From: a virus
IMG/VR virus record: IMGVR_UViG_3300020419_000013
Span: 3,103-67,102 of that record
Reading direction: 5' to 3' (one strand)
DNA: 64,000 nt
A model generated the notes under the pieces. The model did no database searches. It had not been told where the DNA came from and saw nothing but the letters and a program-made list of their open reading frames with translations. Both the position numbers and the translations under genes were made by a program. This document shows positions 9,656 through 17,905 of the stretch, piece by piece. Position 1 is the first letter of the stretch, and each line of letters opens with the position of its first letter.

Positions 9656-9794
9656 GCAACTATGGGAAGATATGAAGCGTCTCAACGATGTCATGGAAGA
9701 GTTACTTTGGGATCCAGATGATGAGATTATATTCTCTCATAATGGTACGGATATCATCATAAAAAATAAAACACAGGGTCTTGACAAAACCTAA
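9642..9794 (+). CDS. Hypothetical 50-aa protein (not in the ORF track)
   Basis: MPNNEQLWEDMKRLNDVMEELLWDPDDEIIFS...; AAGGAG RBS. Confidence 0.6.
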   Translation: MPNNEQLWEDMKRLNDVMEELLWDPDDEIIFSHNGTDIIIKNKTQGLDKT

Positions 9795-9809
9795 ATAGTA
9801 TGCCATCAT
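9781..9809 (+). promoter_or_regulatory. Sigma70-like and late promoter for gp32
   Basis: TTGACA(9781)-N17-CATCAT with TG extension; CTAAATA(9791). Confidence 0.55.
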
Positions 9810-9854
9810 ATATCGGTGGCACAAATGCCAAATACAAACACGGAGAATACAAAG

Positions 9855-10748
9855 ATGTCATTCGCATCACTCAAGAAAGCCTCAGGGTCATCCTTTGCAA
9901 AACTTACAAAGGAGATTGAAAAACTACAGAAACCTGCAGGCAGTGCTCAAGTAGATGAGCGTCTATGGAAACCGTCTCTAGATAAGAGCGGTAATGGGTA
10001 TGCTGTTATTAGATTCCTACCAGAGCCAGAAGGGGAAGAGCTTCCTTGGGCACAAGTATGGAGTCATGCCTTCCAAGGTCCTGGTGGATGGTATATTGAA
10101 AATAGTCTAACGACTTTAGGACAAAAGGATCCAGTGTCTGACCTCAACAGAGAGTTGTGGAATAGCGGACAGGATACTGACAAGGAAATTGCAAGGAAGC
10201 AGAAGAGAAAACTCTCTTACTACAGCAACATCTATGTTGTCAAGGATGAAATGAATCCAGAGAATGAAGGAAAAGTTTTCCTTTATAAGTATGGTAAGAA
10301 GATTCATGACAAGATTGTCGCTGCTGCACAACCTGAGTTTGAAGATGAGCAGGCAATCAATCCATTCGATCTATGGAATGGTGCAGACTTTAGACTAAAG
10401 ATCTGTAAGGTTGCAGGTTTTTGGAATTATGATAAGAGTGGGTTTGCAAATCCTTCTACACTAGCAGGTAAAACTGACGAAGAGTTGGAAGCAACTTGGA
10501 AAGAATGTTATAGTCTTAAAGACTTTACTTCACAGTCACAGTTTAAAACCTATGAAGAGTTGGAAGCACGTCTTAATTCTGTCTTGAAGGTTACACCTAA
10601 GAGACCTGACCCAGAAACATTAGAAGAGGAGACCACTTCACAAAGTGTCCCTAATCTACGCACAGGGTTTGGAGATAAGGTAGAATCATTAAAGAGTGAA
10701 GAAGATGTAGATCTTTCTTACTTCGCAAAACTCGCTGAAGAAGACTAA
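9855..10748 (+). CDS. gp32: Single-stranded DNA-binding protein gp32
   Basis: MSFASLKK start after GGAG; GNGYAVIRFLP, YIENSLTTLG, INPFDLWNGADF; acidic tail. Confidence 0.96.
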   Translation: MSFASLKKASGSSFAKLTKEIEKLQKPAGSAQVDERLWKPSLDKSGNGYAVIRFLPEPEGEELPWAQVWSHAFQGPGGWYIENSLTTLGQKDPVSDLNRELWNSGQDTDKEIARKQKRKLSYYSNIYVVKDEMNPENEGKVFLYKYGKKIHDKIVAAAQPEFEDEQAINPFDLWNGADFRLKICKVAGFWNYDKSGFANPSTLAGKTDEELEATWKECYSLKDFTSQSQFKTYEELEARLNSVLKVTPKRPDPETLEEETTSQSVPNLRTGFGDKVESLKSEEDVDLSYFAKLAEED

Positions 10749-11194
10749 TGAAGTCAATCGTAACCGCAGTGGCACTGTTTGCTGCCACCCCTGCTTTCGC
10801 ACACCACAATGGATACATCAATCCTACTACTGGTCAGCGTGAGTATACAGATGATCGCTATGAATATAGAGGATGGTCTGGTGGGTGGAGATCTTCTCGT
10901 AAATGTTATGAGAAGAAGTATAAAGAGGTCTACAGACCTGGCACAGCAGATAGTCCTGGTTACGTTGATGTTTATCGCACTACAGTTGAAGTGCCTTGTG
11001 GATGGAGCAGGTATTCTGCTCCTCCTACATATAGAGAAGACAATGCACCCGATGAGTGTAATGAAGACGGTGCTTTCCTAGGTGGTATCCTAGGTGGAGG
11101 AGTAGCAGCAGGAATATCCGATCCTGATGCGATGGCATGGTCAATACCACTTGGTATTGTTACTGGTGCAATTACAGGATGTCAAATTGATTGA
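10748..11194 (+). CDS. Secreted protein with C-terminal glycine zipper
   Basis: Signal peptide; GAFLGGILGGGVAAG. Confidence 0.7.
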   Translation: MKSIVTAVALFAATPAFAHHNGYINPTTGQREYTDDRYEYRGWSGGWRSSRKCYEKKYKEVYRPGTADSPGYVDVYRTTVEVPCGWSRYSAPPTYREDNAPDECNEDGAFLGGILGGGVAAGISDPDAMAWSIPLGIVTGAITGCQID

Positions 11195-11201
11195 GGTTAT
11201 T

Positions 11202-11414
11202 ATGTTTGCTATTTTAGGTGATGCTGCCAACGCATACAATGCTATCCCATGGGAAGACGCAATCCCTTTTACTCTAATTCTTATTGGACTCTATTGGGTC
11301 AAGGTAAAGATAGATACAAGAGCAGGTCTTGGTAAAAAGAAATCAAGAGAATTAAAAAAGATTATTGTTGATGCAATAGTCGAAGGTCATAGACAAGCAC
11401 ACAAAAAAGATTAA
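11202..11414 (+). CDS. Small membrane protein
   Basis: GAGG RBS before ATG 11202; one TM helix. Confidence 0.65.
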   Translation: MFAILGDAANAYNAIPWEDAIPFTLILIGLYWVKVKIDTRAGLGKKKSRELKKIIVDAIVEGHRQAHKKD

Positions 11415-11626
11415 TGGCATTATCAAAACAAGTAGAAGAGTGTCTTGCAGACGCTGATAAAAATCTAAGAGAGGCACTTGCTTTCGCAGCAAGATCAGAA
11501 AGACCTTTCATAGTTAGAGAGTTGGGAGCATTGATCTCACATCTAGACACCGTGATGTCTACCGATACTATGTTTGATAAGTTGGACGCAGCAATCATCC
11601 AAAGAGAAACGGAGGAAGAGTCTTAA
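11414..11626 (+). CDS. Conserved cyanophage hypothetical protein
   Basis: MALSKQVEECL...LREALAFAARSERP. Confidence 0.75.
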   Translation: MALSKQVEECLADADKNLREALAFAARSERPFIVRELGALISHLDTVMSTDTMFDKLDAAIIQRETEEES

Positions 11627-11913
11627 TGTTAGCATTCTTATTTTCAATGGCAGGTTTACTAAACCTGTTATTTTATGTCTTTGCTATTGGGTTTGTAATC
11701 TCATTAGTTTTAGAGCAAATCCTCAAGTTTAGACCAATAGAGGTTGACAAATCAATGAACGAGAGAAACATGTATATCGTACAGACCAACAGGAAATACT
11801 GTTGGAGACAGGCATGGATTGTAAACATCTATTGGTTTCTATGTAACGTAGGTCTCTATGTTATCTCACGGAATATGCAGACACCAACAGATACATTCTG
11901 GAATGGAATGTGA
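11626..11913 (+). CDS. Hypothetical membrane protein
   Basis: Coupled ORF with two TM segments. Confidence 0.7.
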   Translation: MLAFLFSMAGLLNLLFYVFAIGFVISLVLEQILKFRPIEVDKSMNERNMYIVQTNRKYCWRQAWIVNIYWFLCNVGLYVISRNMQTPTDTFWNGM

Positions 11914-12173
11914 TTATATTTTCTTTCATACTTTCATTGTTTGCTAATCACTTACCAGTGATGTATGTGCAAGTGCCACAGTGGGCAGATGATTGGGCAG
12001 TGTGTGCTGTAGATATACCTGACGCTAGATGTCATTGGTATGTCATGTCACCTGACAATACATTCGGTGAAGGTTTTGATTGGGAAGAAGCACCATGGTT
12101 TGATGCGAATGGATTGAATGACATTGCACCCATGGGTAAAGAAACAGTGGTAGAAAAACTACAGAAACAATGA
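11910..12173 (+). CDS. Hypothetical protein
   Basis: Coupled ORF; VPQWADDWAVC motif. Confidence 0.7.
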   Translation: MIIFSFILSLFANHLPVMYVQVPQWADDWAVCAVDIPDARCHWYVMSPDNTFGEGFDWEEAPWFDANGLNDIAPMGKETVVEKLQKQ

Positions 12174-12643
12174 GTGACATCCACTTTAATAAGCATCGTG
12201 TGTTTAGAGAGACAGACGATGTTATTTTTTATGACATAACAGTAGAAGCATCCAATGCTTCTGACCTTGTAGTCCATACTGGTGCTGCAATATCACCTCC
12301 ACCCGATGTGGTTGGTGCTAAACAGTTTTATATACATCAATACCAAGATGATTATAATAGGGTGGTGCAAGGAGAGAGGACTTTTGAATTGGTCAATGAG
12401 ACATGGAAGTATCCTTATCACATAGTGAATCTTAATCGTGCTAGTGGTGCTTTAGTTATACCTCGTGGCACATTTCATAGGTCACAATCAGGAGAGTCAG
12501 GTAGCATCGTGATCAACCAGTCACATAGGTATGAAGGGTTTGATGTGAGCACTGAGTTTATACCAGTGTCGTGTGCAGATGATGCCAGACTATATAATAT
12601 ATTGAAGACAGAAAAACCTGTCATACATACTTTAGGTGAATGA
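12170..12643 (+). CDS. Cupin-fold protein
   Basis: FYIHQYQDD and LVIPRGTFHRS cupin-like His motifs. Confidence 0.65.
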   Translation: MSDIHFNKHRVFRETDDVIFYDITVEASNASDLVVHTGAAISPPPDVVGAKQFYIHQYQDDYNRVVQGERTFELVNETWKYPYHIVNLNRASGALVIPRGTFHRSQSGESGSIVINQSHRYEGFDVSTEFIPVSCADDARLYNILKTEKPVIHTLGE

Positions 12644-12873
12644 AAACTACTGAATCATATGAGCAACTCATCGCTCGTTTTACTAAGCGTACTATGCAAC
12701 TGTCTGCTAGACAAGATGAATTAAAAGGATGGTATGAAGAGTATGTTAAGAATGAGACTGATCTCAAGAGACTAGAGGGATCAATGCAAGCAATTCAATA
12801 CGTTGCGTATGGTAAGATGCCAGGCGACGGCAATCACGACAAATTCAAGGATCACAAACCTCATGGTAGTTAA
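12640..12873 (+). CDS. Hypothetical coiled-coil protein
   Basis: Coupled 77-aa ORF. Confidence 0.7.
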   Translation: MKTTESYEQLIARFTKRTMQLSARQDELKGWYEEYVKNETDLKRLEGSMQAIQYVAYGKMPGDGNHDKFKDHKPHGS

Positions 12874-13186
12874 AGTAGACAAGAGTCAAGAGTTTGTAAA
12901 CAGTGGACAGAAACTTATCTCAGAGTATCCTCCACTAAAAGAAAAACCTGTCACCATCTATTCAGATAGAGGACAGGAGTCTGAGAGAGCATGCCAACTA
13001 GTAGCAGCACTTGGTGGTAAGCATATAGAATATAAATTAGACGATGACTTTACTAAGCAACAATTCCAAATGGAATTCGGTGGTGATGCATCCTATCCAC
13101 AGATAACATTGGAAGGTGTGCACCTTGGATCATTAAAGGAAGCACTGCACTTTCTACAAGAGCATGGTTACCTAAACCGAAATTGA
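12863..13186 (+). CDS. Glutaredoxin-fold protein lacking CxxC
   Basis: TIYS...YPQI...HLGSLKE glutaredoxin pattern, but GQES in place of CxxC. Confidence 0.7.
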   Translation: MVVKVDKSQEFVNSGQKLISEYPPLKEKPVTIYSDRGQESERACQLVAALGGKHIEYKLDDDFTKQQFQMEFGGDASYPQITLEGVHLGSLKEALHFLQEHGYLNRN

Positions 13187-13202
13187 CTTCCCGTTCACCG
13201 AG

Positions 13203-13232
13203 ACCCCGAAAAAAAATTCGGGGTATTTTTTT
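13203..13232 (+). terminator. Terminator between convergent transcription units
   Basis: ACCCCGAA-AAAAAA-TTCGGGGT followed by ATTTTTTT. Confidence 0.8.
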
Positions 13233-13261
13233 GTCTGTAGGGTCGCGATAAGTAAAAATAC

Positions 13262-14245
13262 CTAGTAACCCCCTCCATAACCAGATCCGCTACTTCCACT
13301 ACTACTGCTACCAGAGCTACTACTGCTGCTACTGCTAGATGAAGAAGAAGAGCTACTGCTGTCACTAGTGCTACTATCCGTGCTTGTGTCTGTGCTTGTG
13401 TCTGTGAATGCTCCACTTGAATCATAAGGTGATAATGTTGCTGCAACGTTTGTGCCATTCTCTGTAGACCCAGTTGCAGGTGTATACACTCTTGAGGTAA
13501 GTTGCTGTTGTGCCAAGAATGTGAGAGATGGTGTTTTTCCGATTTCGGTCGAATATTCCTTTTTGGTCGGTTTGAAGATTTCTTCGACTGTGCGATAAGT
13601 TTTCTTCGTTGACCTTCCTAACCCATCTATGTCTAATTCGTCATTTGGTAGATATGAGACTAAACTGAAGAATTCCTCTACAAAGTCATCTAGGTATTCT
13701 TGACGTAAAATGTAAATAAGACGTTTTCGCTCATTTTCCTTTAATTCGTGTTGGTAGTAAGAAACAGGATTTACGAGATCTGCCTTGGGGACTACTACAC
13801 CGTCTGGAAACGAATATTCAAAGTTTTCGGGGACTTCTAGATCTGCAGGTAAGTGCACTCTACCGTTTCTTTTTACTTCTTGTGTTATCCAATGTCTAGT
13901 TTGACCAATATCACTAGGATTACTAAAATTGTATTTTCTCATTATATACTGAGTCAATTCATGCTCATTCATTGGCCAATCGTTGTATAGATTGGTTATT
14001 TCGTTGCATAGTAAAATAACCCAGTCATATTTGGTATCGTTATAAAACTTCTGAGCGAGTTGATCTGGTCTTTCAGCATTCTGAATATAATACTTCTCAA
14101 AACCCAAAATGATGTCTTCTAGCTCATCACGGATCTTAACTCTTCTGAATATATTCTTTGCATTAACATAAGGAGACCCGCTATCTTGACGATAACCAGT
14201 TTGTCTTATATTAATATTAGGCAGATATGAGAAATAATTTGACAT
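13262..14245 (-). CDS. gp53: Baseplate wedge protein gp53
   Basis: MSNYFSYLP, ERPDQLAQKFY (LysM-like), DWVILLCN; Ser/Gly-rich tail. Confidence 0.9.
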   Translation of the reverse strand: MSNYFSYLPNINIRQTGYRQDSGSPYVNAKNIFRRVKIRDELEDIILGFEKYYIQNAERPDQLAQKFYNDTKYDWVILLCNEITNLYNDWPMNEHELTQYIMRKYNFSNPSDIGQTRHWITQEVKRNGRVHLPADLEVPENFEYSFPDGVVVPKADLVNPVSYYQHELKENERKRLIYILRQEYLDDFVEEFFSLVSYLPNDELDIDGLGRSTKKTYRTVEEIFKPTKKEYSTEIGKTPSLTFLAQQQLTSRVYTPATGSTENGTNVAATLSPYDSSGAFTDTSTDTSTDSSTSDSSSSSSSSSSSSSSSSGSSSSGSSGSGYGGGY

Positions 14246-15261
14246 TAGCTTGTTGTAGTTTCGCTTTCATCACCATTCCAATCATCCCAATTCCATTCAC
14301 CATCTTCACTATACTGATATTCGGGATCGTAGAAGTTTTTAACCATAAGTGCTGTTTCACTGAAGGAAAGTGATAGATTGTAACTTACAGGACCATAATC
14401 ATAGTCACTATAGTTATCCGTTTTACCAAAGAATGATTTAAGGGAGGCATAGTTGCCATCAGGTGCATAATCAATATTCATGTCTGTTAAGACAAGTTTA
14501 GTTGGGAATCTATATAAATCTTGCAATACACCGCCTTTTGAGCCAGGTGCAGTAATCTTTTCAGTTGTGCCATCGTCACTATATCTAATTACACTGATTT
14601 TGAAGTAATCAGGTATAGTTAACCACATCTTTTTACTTGAGCCAGGTAACATAGAGACACGAAGTGTCTTAATGATAGTAGATATCATTTCTACGTCTTT
14701 TGCACTCTTAGGCACTAATTTGAAGTTAAAATTATGTTTCCTGTAATTCATACCCTCAAAAGTAGTCTCTTCGTAGGGGTTAAAGACTCTTTTTTGAGTT
14801 AGAGCAGAAAGACTGTTAGCAGAAAGACTTGATTGTCCTCCTGTTGCACCAACCACTGCATTTATTGCTTGGGATCCCATTTTGAATCCTAATTGTGCTT
14901 TAGCACCTGTTGCAGCAGCTTTTACTTTGTCACTAAATCCTTCACCCATACCTCCAGGTTGAGCAATGCCTAATGCAGCATTACCTGTCTGACCCATTTT
15001 GTGATTTGTGTAGTTAGCACTAAATTGCTCAGATATCTTGGGTGGGAGGTATAAATAAATTGAGGATCCTACAGTTGCAGTTGACTCTCCTCCTACATTA
15101 TTGTAGGGGTTACCACTCTGACTATCGAATATATCTAATTTAAGGTAATCAACCACCTGAGTTGGATATGCGTCAAAATGCGATACATCGCCCCTAGTCT
15201 CAGAGCGACTTGCACCGTATGGTTTTGATCTTGGAAATACTAGTAGTCTATTATTTGACAT
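14245..15261 (-). CDS. gp48: Baseplate tail-tube cap gp48
   Basis: IYLYLP, FNPYEETTFEGMNYRKHNFNFKLVPKS, LSLSFSET. Confidence 0.88.
   Translation of the reverse strand: MSNNRLLVFPRSKPYGASRSETRGDVSHFDAYPTQVVDYLKLDIFDSQSGNPYNNVGGESTATVGSSIYLYLPPKISEQFSANYTNHKMGQTGNAALGIAQPGGMGEGFSDKVKAAATGAKAQLGFKMGSQAINAVVGATGGQSSLSANSLSALTQKRVFNPYEETTFEGMNYRKHNFNFKLVPKSAKDVEMISTIIKTLRVSMLPGSSKKMWLTIPDYFKISVIRYSDDGTTEKITAPGSKGGVLQDLYRFPTKLVLTDMNIDYAPDGNYASLKSFFGKTDNYSDYDYGPVSYNLSLSFSETALMVKNFYDPEYQYSEDGEWNWDDWNGDESETTTS
15050..15057 (+). promoter_or_regulatory. Late promoter for the gp4 operon (inside gp48)
   Basis: Perfect T4 late consensus TATAAATA. Confidence 0.55.
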
Positions 15262-15694
15262 GAGTTACTCGGGTAGGTACAGACCATCACATCCGAAAAA
15301 ATATAAAGGAGATCCTACAAATATTATTTATAGGAGTTTGTGGGAAAGAAAGTTTATGGTCTGGTGCGATAAGAATGAAAATGTGCTCCAATGGGGTAGT
15401 GAAGAGATAGTTATACCCTATATTTCACCTGTAGATCGTCGTGTGCACCGATATTTCCCTGATTTTTATGTAAAAGCGAGGACTAAAGACGAGCGTATTA
15501 AGAAATATATCGTCGAAGTCAAACCAGAAAAACAATGTAAAGTGCCCAAGAGACCTAAAAGGCAAACAAAGAATTACATCACTGAAGTGAAAACTTTCGG
15601 TATCAACCAAGCAAAATGGAAAGCAGCAGTTGAATACTGTAAAGACAGGAATATGGAATTTATGATATTAACTGAAAAACACCTAAAAGTATGA
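15260..15694 (+). CDS. gp4: Head completion protein gp4 (TnsA-like nuclease)
   Basis: YRSLWE, WGSEE, RYFPDF, VEVKP, NQAKWKAA. Confidence 0.93.
   Translation: MSYSGRYRPSHPKKYKGDPTNIIYRSLWERKFMVWCDKNENVLQWGSEEIVIPYISPVDRRVHRYFPDFYVKARTKDERIKKYIVEVKPEKQCKVPKRPKRQTKNYITEVKTFGINQAKWKAAVEYCKDRNMEFMILTEKHLKV
15325..15332 (-). promoter_or_regulatory. Late promoter for gp48-gp53 (inside gp4)
   Basis: TATAAATA on the minus strand, 64 nt upstream of the gp48 ATG. Confidence 0.6.
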
Positions 15695-16158
15695 GTTTCA
15701 AGGATATTAGAGATCTAGCAAAAGGGGCGAGTAAATCAAAGGATTGGTATCGCTCACAGGTTAGGTATGAACTAGAGCCTATAGGGCGTCCTTTACAAGC
15801 AGGTGATATCATATTCTATGACTATGTAGCACAGTCACCCAATTTAGACTGGTATGACATGCATCCCCTGACCTATGTGAGAGAGATTGATAGTTTTCTA
15901 CAGCAGTTTAACGGTGGTAATATCCATTATCTACGCCCATCTATACGACAGGCAGTAGGAAAATCATTTGCATCGGGAGGTACGACGTATCCTGCTAAGT
16001 GCCATCATAAATACTTTATGTCGGCAGCATCGAATATATACTTAGTGCCACCCGAATATTTTACAGATTATGTGCCACTACCCTTAGAGCAGTTTCTGTT
16101 TACAAGAGCAGGAGTGAAAGTGGAAGTCCCTAGTAGCTTTATCTGGAGCAAAGTATGA
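15691..16158 (+). CDS. gp2: DNA end protector gp2-like
   Basis: WYDMHPL, GGNIHYL, HKYF, LPLEQF motifs; synteny. Confidence 0.75.
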   Translation: MSFKDIRDLAKGASKSKDWYRSQVRYELEPIGRPLQAGDIIFYDYVAQSPNLDWYDMHPLTYVREIDSFLQQFNGGNIHYLRPSIRQAVGKSFASGGTTYPAKCHHKYFMSAASNIYLVPPEYFTDYVPLPLEQFLFTRAGVKVEVPSSFIWSKV

Positions 16159-16973
16159 GTTATAGAGAGCCCAACTCGTTTAATAGATTTAGAGATCAGA
16201 TCAACTCAGGTAATAAGACACCTGCGAGATCCAATCTCTTTCAAGTTGTAGTGAACCCTCCTCCAGTGATGTCATCTATTGGTGGTCTATTCCATCAAAA
16301 GACATCTACAGGCACGCAATTCTTAGATGAAGCACTTGGTCTAGTAGATAATCAAGCAGGTGTCATGAGTAGATATCGTGAGCACGCTGATATGATGAAT
16401 TACTTTGCTGATACAGTGTCTATACCTGGCAGACGAATTACTGTTGGCACAGTAAGAGACGTAGGTGCAATGAGAAGATTTGCCACAGATACATCATTTA
16501 GTGAGATGCAAGTGTCATTCTTACTACCTAAAGACATGTATCATAGAGAATACTTTGAAAGATGGATGAATTTCACAGCATCTGACTCAGAGAATAGAGT
16601 TGGTATGTATGATCAATATACGACTACAATGCGGTTGATTAAGTGGGAATTAGCATCTAATTACATGGGAAAACAAGGAATTACACCTGAGAAAGAAGTT
16701 ACAAGACGTTTTAATGGTGTATCATCATGTTGGACAATGTATGGGGCATTCCCATTTGACATGTCTGCAATCACGCTAAATAATGGACCTACTGATCTAA
16801 TTAAGTTAGATGTTTCTTTCTATTACGAAAGATACCGTATGGACACCCCTAACAATGCTAAGATGTTTAAGGGGTCACTTAAAGATATCACTATCCCAAT
16901 GGATAACAATGAAGTGCTATCTTCTCTTAGCATAGACTCCAGCCTCGAGAATTTTATCGGGATTGGTCTCTAA
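16155..16973 (+). CDS. Tail tube-like protein (gp19/gp54 family)
   Basis: ARSNLFQV, VSIPGR, FERWMN, AFPFDM, VSFYYERY. Confidence 0.75.
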   Translation: MSYREPNSFNRFRDQINSGNKTPARSNLFQVVVNPPPVMSSIGGLFHQKTSTGTQFLDEALGLVDNQAGVMSRYREHADMMNYFADTVSIPGRRITVGTVRDVGAMRRFATDTSFSEMQVSFLLPKDMYHREYFERWMNFTASDSENRVGMYDQYTTTMRLIKWELASNYMGKQGITPEKEVTRRFNGVSSCWTMYGAFPFDMSAITLNNGPTDLIKLDVSFYYERYRMDTPNNAKMFKGSLKDITIPMDNNEVLSSLSIDSSLENFIGIGL

Positions 16974-16976
16974 ATA
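16970..16976 (+). promoter_or_regulatory. Late promoter
   Basis: CTAAATA upstream of gp26. Similar boxes occur at 24819, 25770, 26377, 29778, 29795, 33370, 36965, 41435, 49575 and 60522. Confidence 0.65.
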
Positions 16977-16997
16977 TAGTTACAATTTGAGTATATT

Positions 16998-17708
16998 ATG
17001 CCTTTACCCAAACTTGCATTACCTGAGCATGACCTTACGATCCCTCTTACAGGTAAGAAATTATCTTACCGCCCATTCCTTGTTAAGGAAGAGAAACTCC
17101 TCTACCTCGCAATGGAATCGAAGAATGAGAAGGAGATGGTTAAAGCAGTCAAGACAATTATCAAAAACTGTACATCACTTTCAGAGAAGGACGTTGAAAA
17201 ACTTGCGACTTTTGAAATTGAGTATGTTTTCCTCAAGATCCGCTCAAAGGCGGTCGGCGAGGTCAGTGAATTCAAGGTAACCTGCCCAGACGATGAAAAA
17301 ACACAAGTAGATGTAAAAGTCCCACTTGATCAAGTCGAGCTTGAAGTACCTGAAGAGCATGATCCTAAGATTATGTTTACTGATGATGTAGGTGTCCTTA
17401 TGAAGTATCCTTCACTTGACATCTTTGTTCAGCAAAACATGACTGAAGGAGATCAGACTATTGATGATGTTTTTCAATTAGCAGCGGGTTGTATTGCCCA
17501 AGCTTTTGATGGTGATGAAGTTTATGATAGTTTCACTAAGAAGGAAGCAGTTGATTTTCTCGAGAGTCTAAATTCAGATCAATTCGCTAAAATCCAGACA
17601 TTCTTCGAGACTATTCCAAAACTTACATACACTATGACTGTGCGAAACCCTAAAACCAAAAAAGATAATGATATAACATTTGAGGGATTAGCAGCTTTTT
17701 TCGCATAG
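16998..17708 (+). CDS. gp26: Baseplate hub assembly protein gp26
   Basis: MPLPKL, YRPFLVKEEK, IRSKAVGE, MKYPS, EGLAAFF. Confidence 0.88.
   Translation: MPLPKLALPEHDLTIPLTGKKLSYRPFLVKEEKLLYLAMESKNEKEMVKAVKTIIKNCTSLSEKDVEKLATFEIEYVFLKIRSKAVGEVSEFKVTCPDDEKTQVDVKVPLDQVELEVPEEHDPKIMFTDDVGVLMKYPSLDIFVQQNMTEGDQTIDDVFQLAAGCIAQAFDGDEVYDSFTKKEAVDFLESLNSDQFAKIQTFFETIPKLTYTMTVRNPKTKKDNDITFEGLAAFFA
17696..17702 (+). other. Putative -1 programmed frameshift site T-TTT-TTC
   Basis: X XXY YYZ heptamer in the gp26 frame; the -1 frame is open into gp51. Confidence 0.6.
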
Positions 17709-17713
17709 CCCTG

Positions 17714-17905
17714 TTGCACGATTCTCTAGAGAATCTTTATAAGACGAATTTTGCGTTAATGCAACATCATAAGTATTCTTTGACCGAGTTAGAGAATATG
17801 ATCCCATGGGAAAGAGATGTTTACGTTAATTTGTTACTAGGTTATCTTCAAGAGGAAGAAAGACGACGTGCAGCAGAGAATAACAGAAATCGAGTAAATC
17901 TTTAA
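17714..17905 (+). CDS. gp51: Baseplate hub assembly catalyst gp51
   Basis: NFALMQHHKYSLTELENMIPWERDVY; only a TTG start, no obvious RBS. Confidence 0.85.
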   Translation: MHDSLENLYKTNFALMQHHKYSLTELENMIPWERDVYVNLLLGYLQEEERRRAAENNRNRVNL

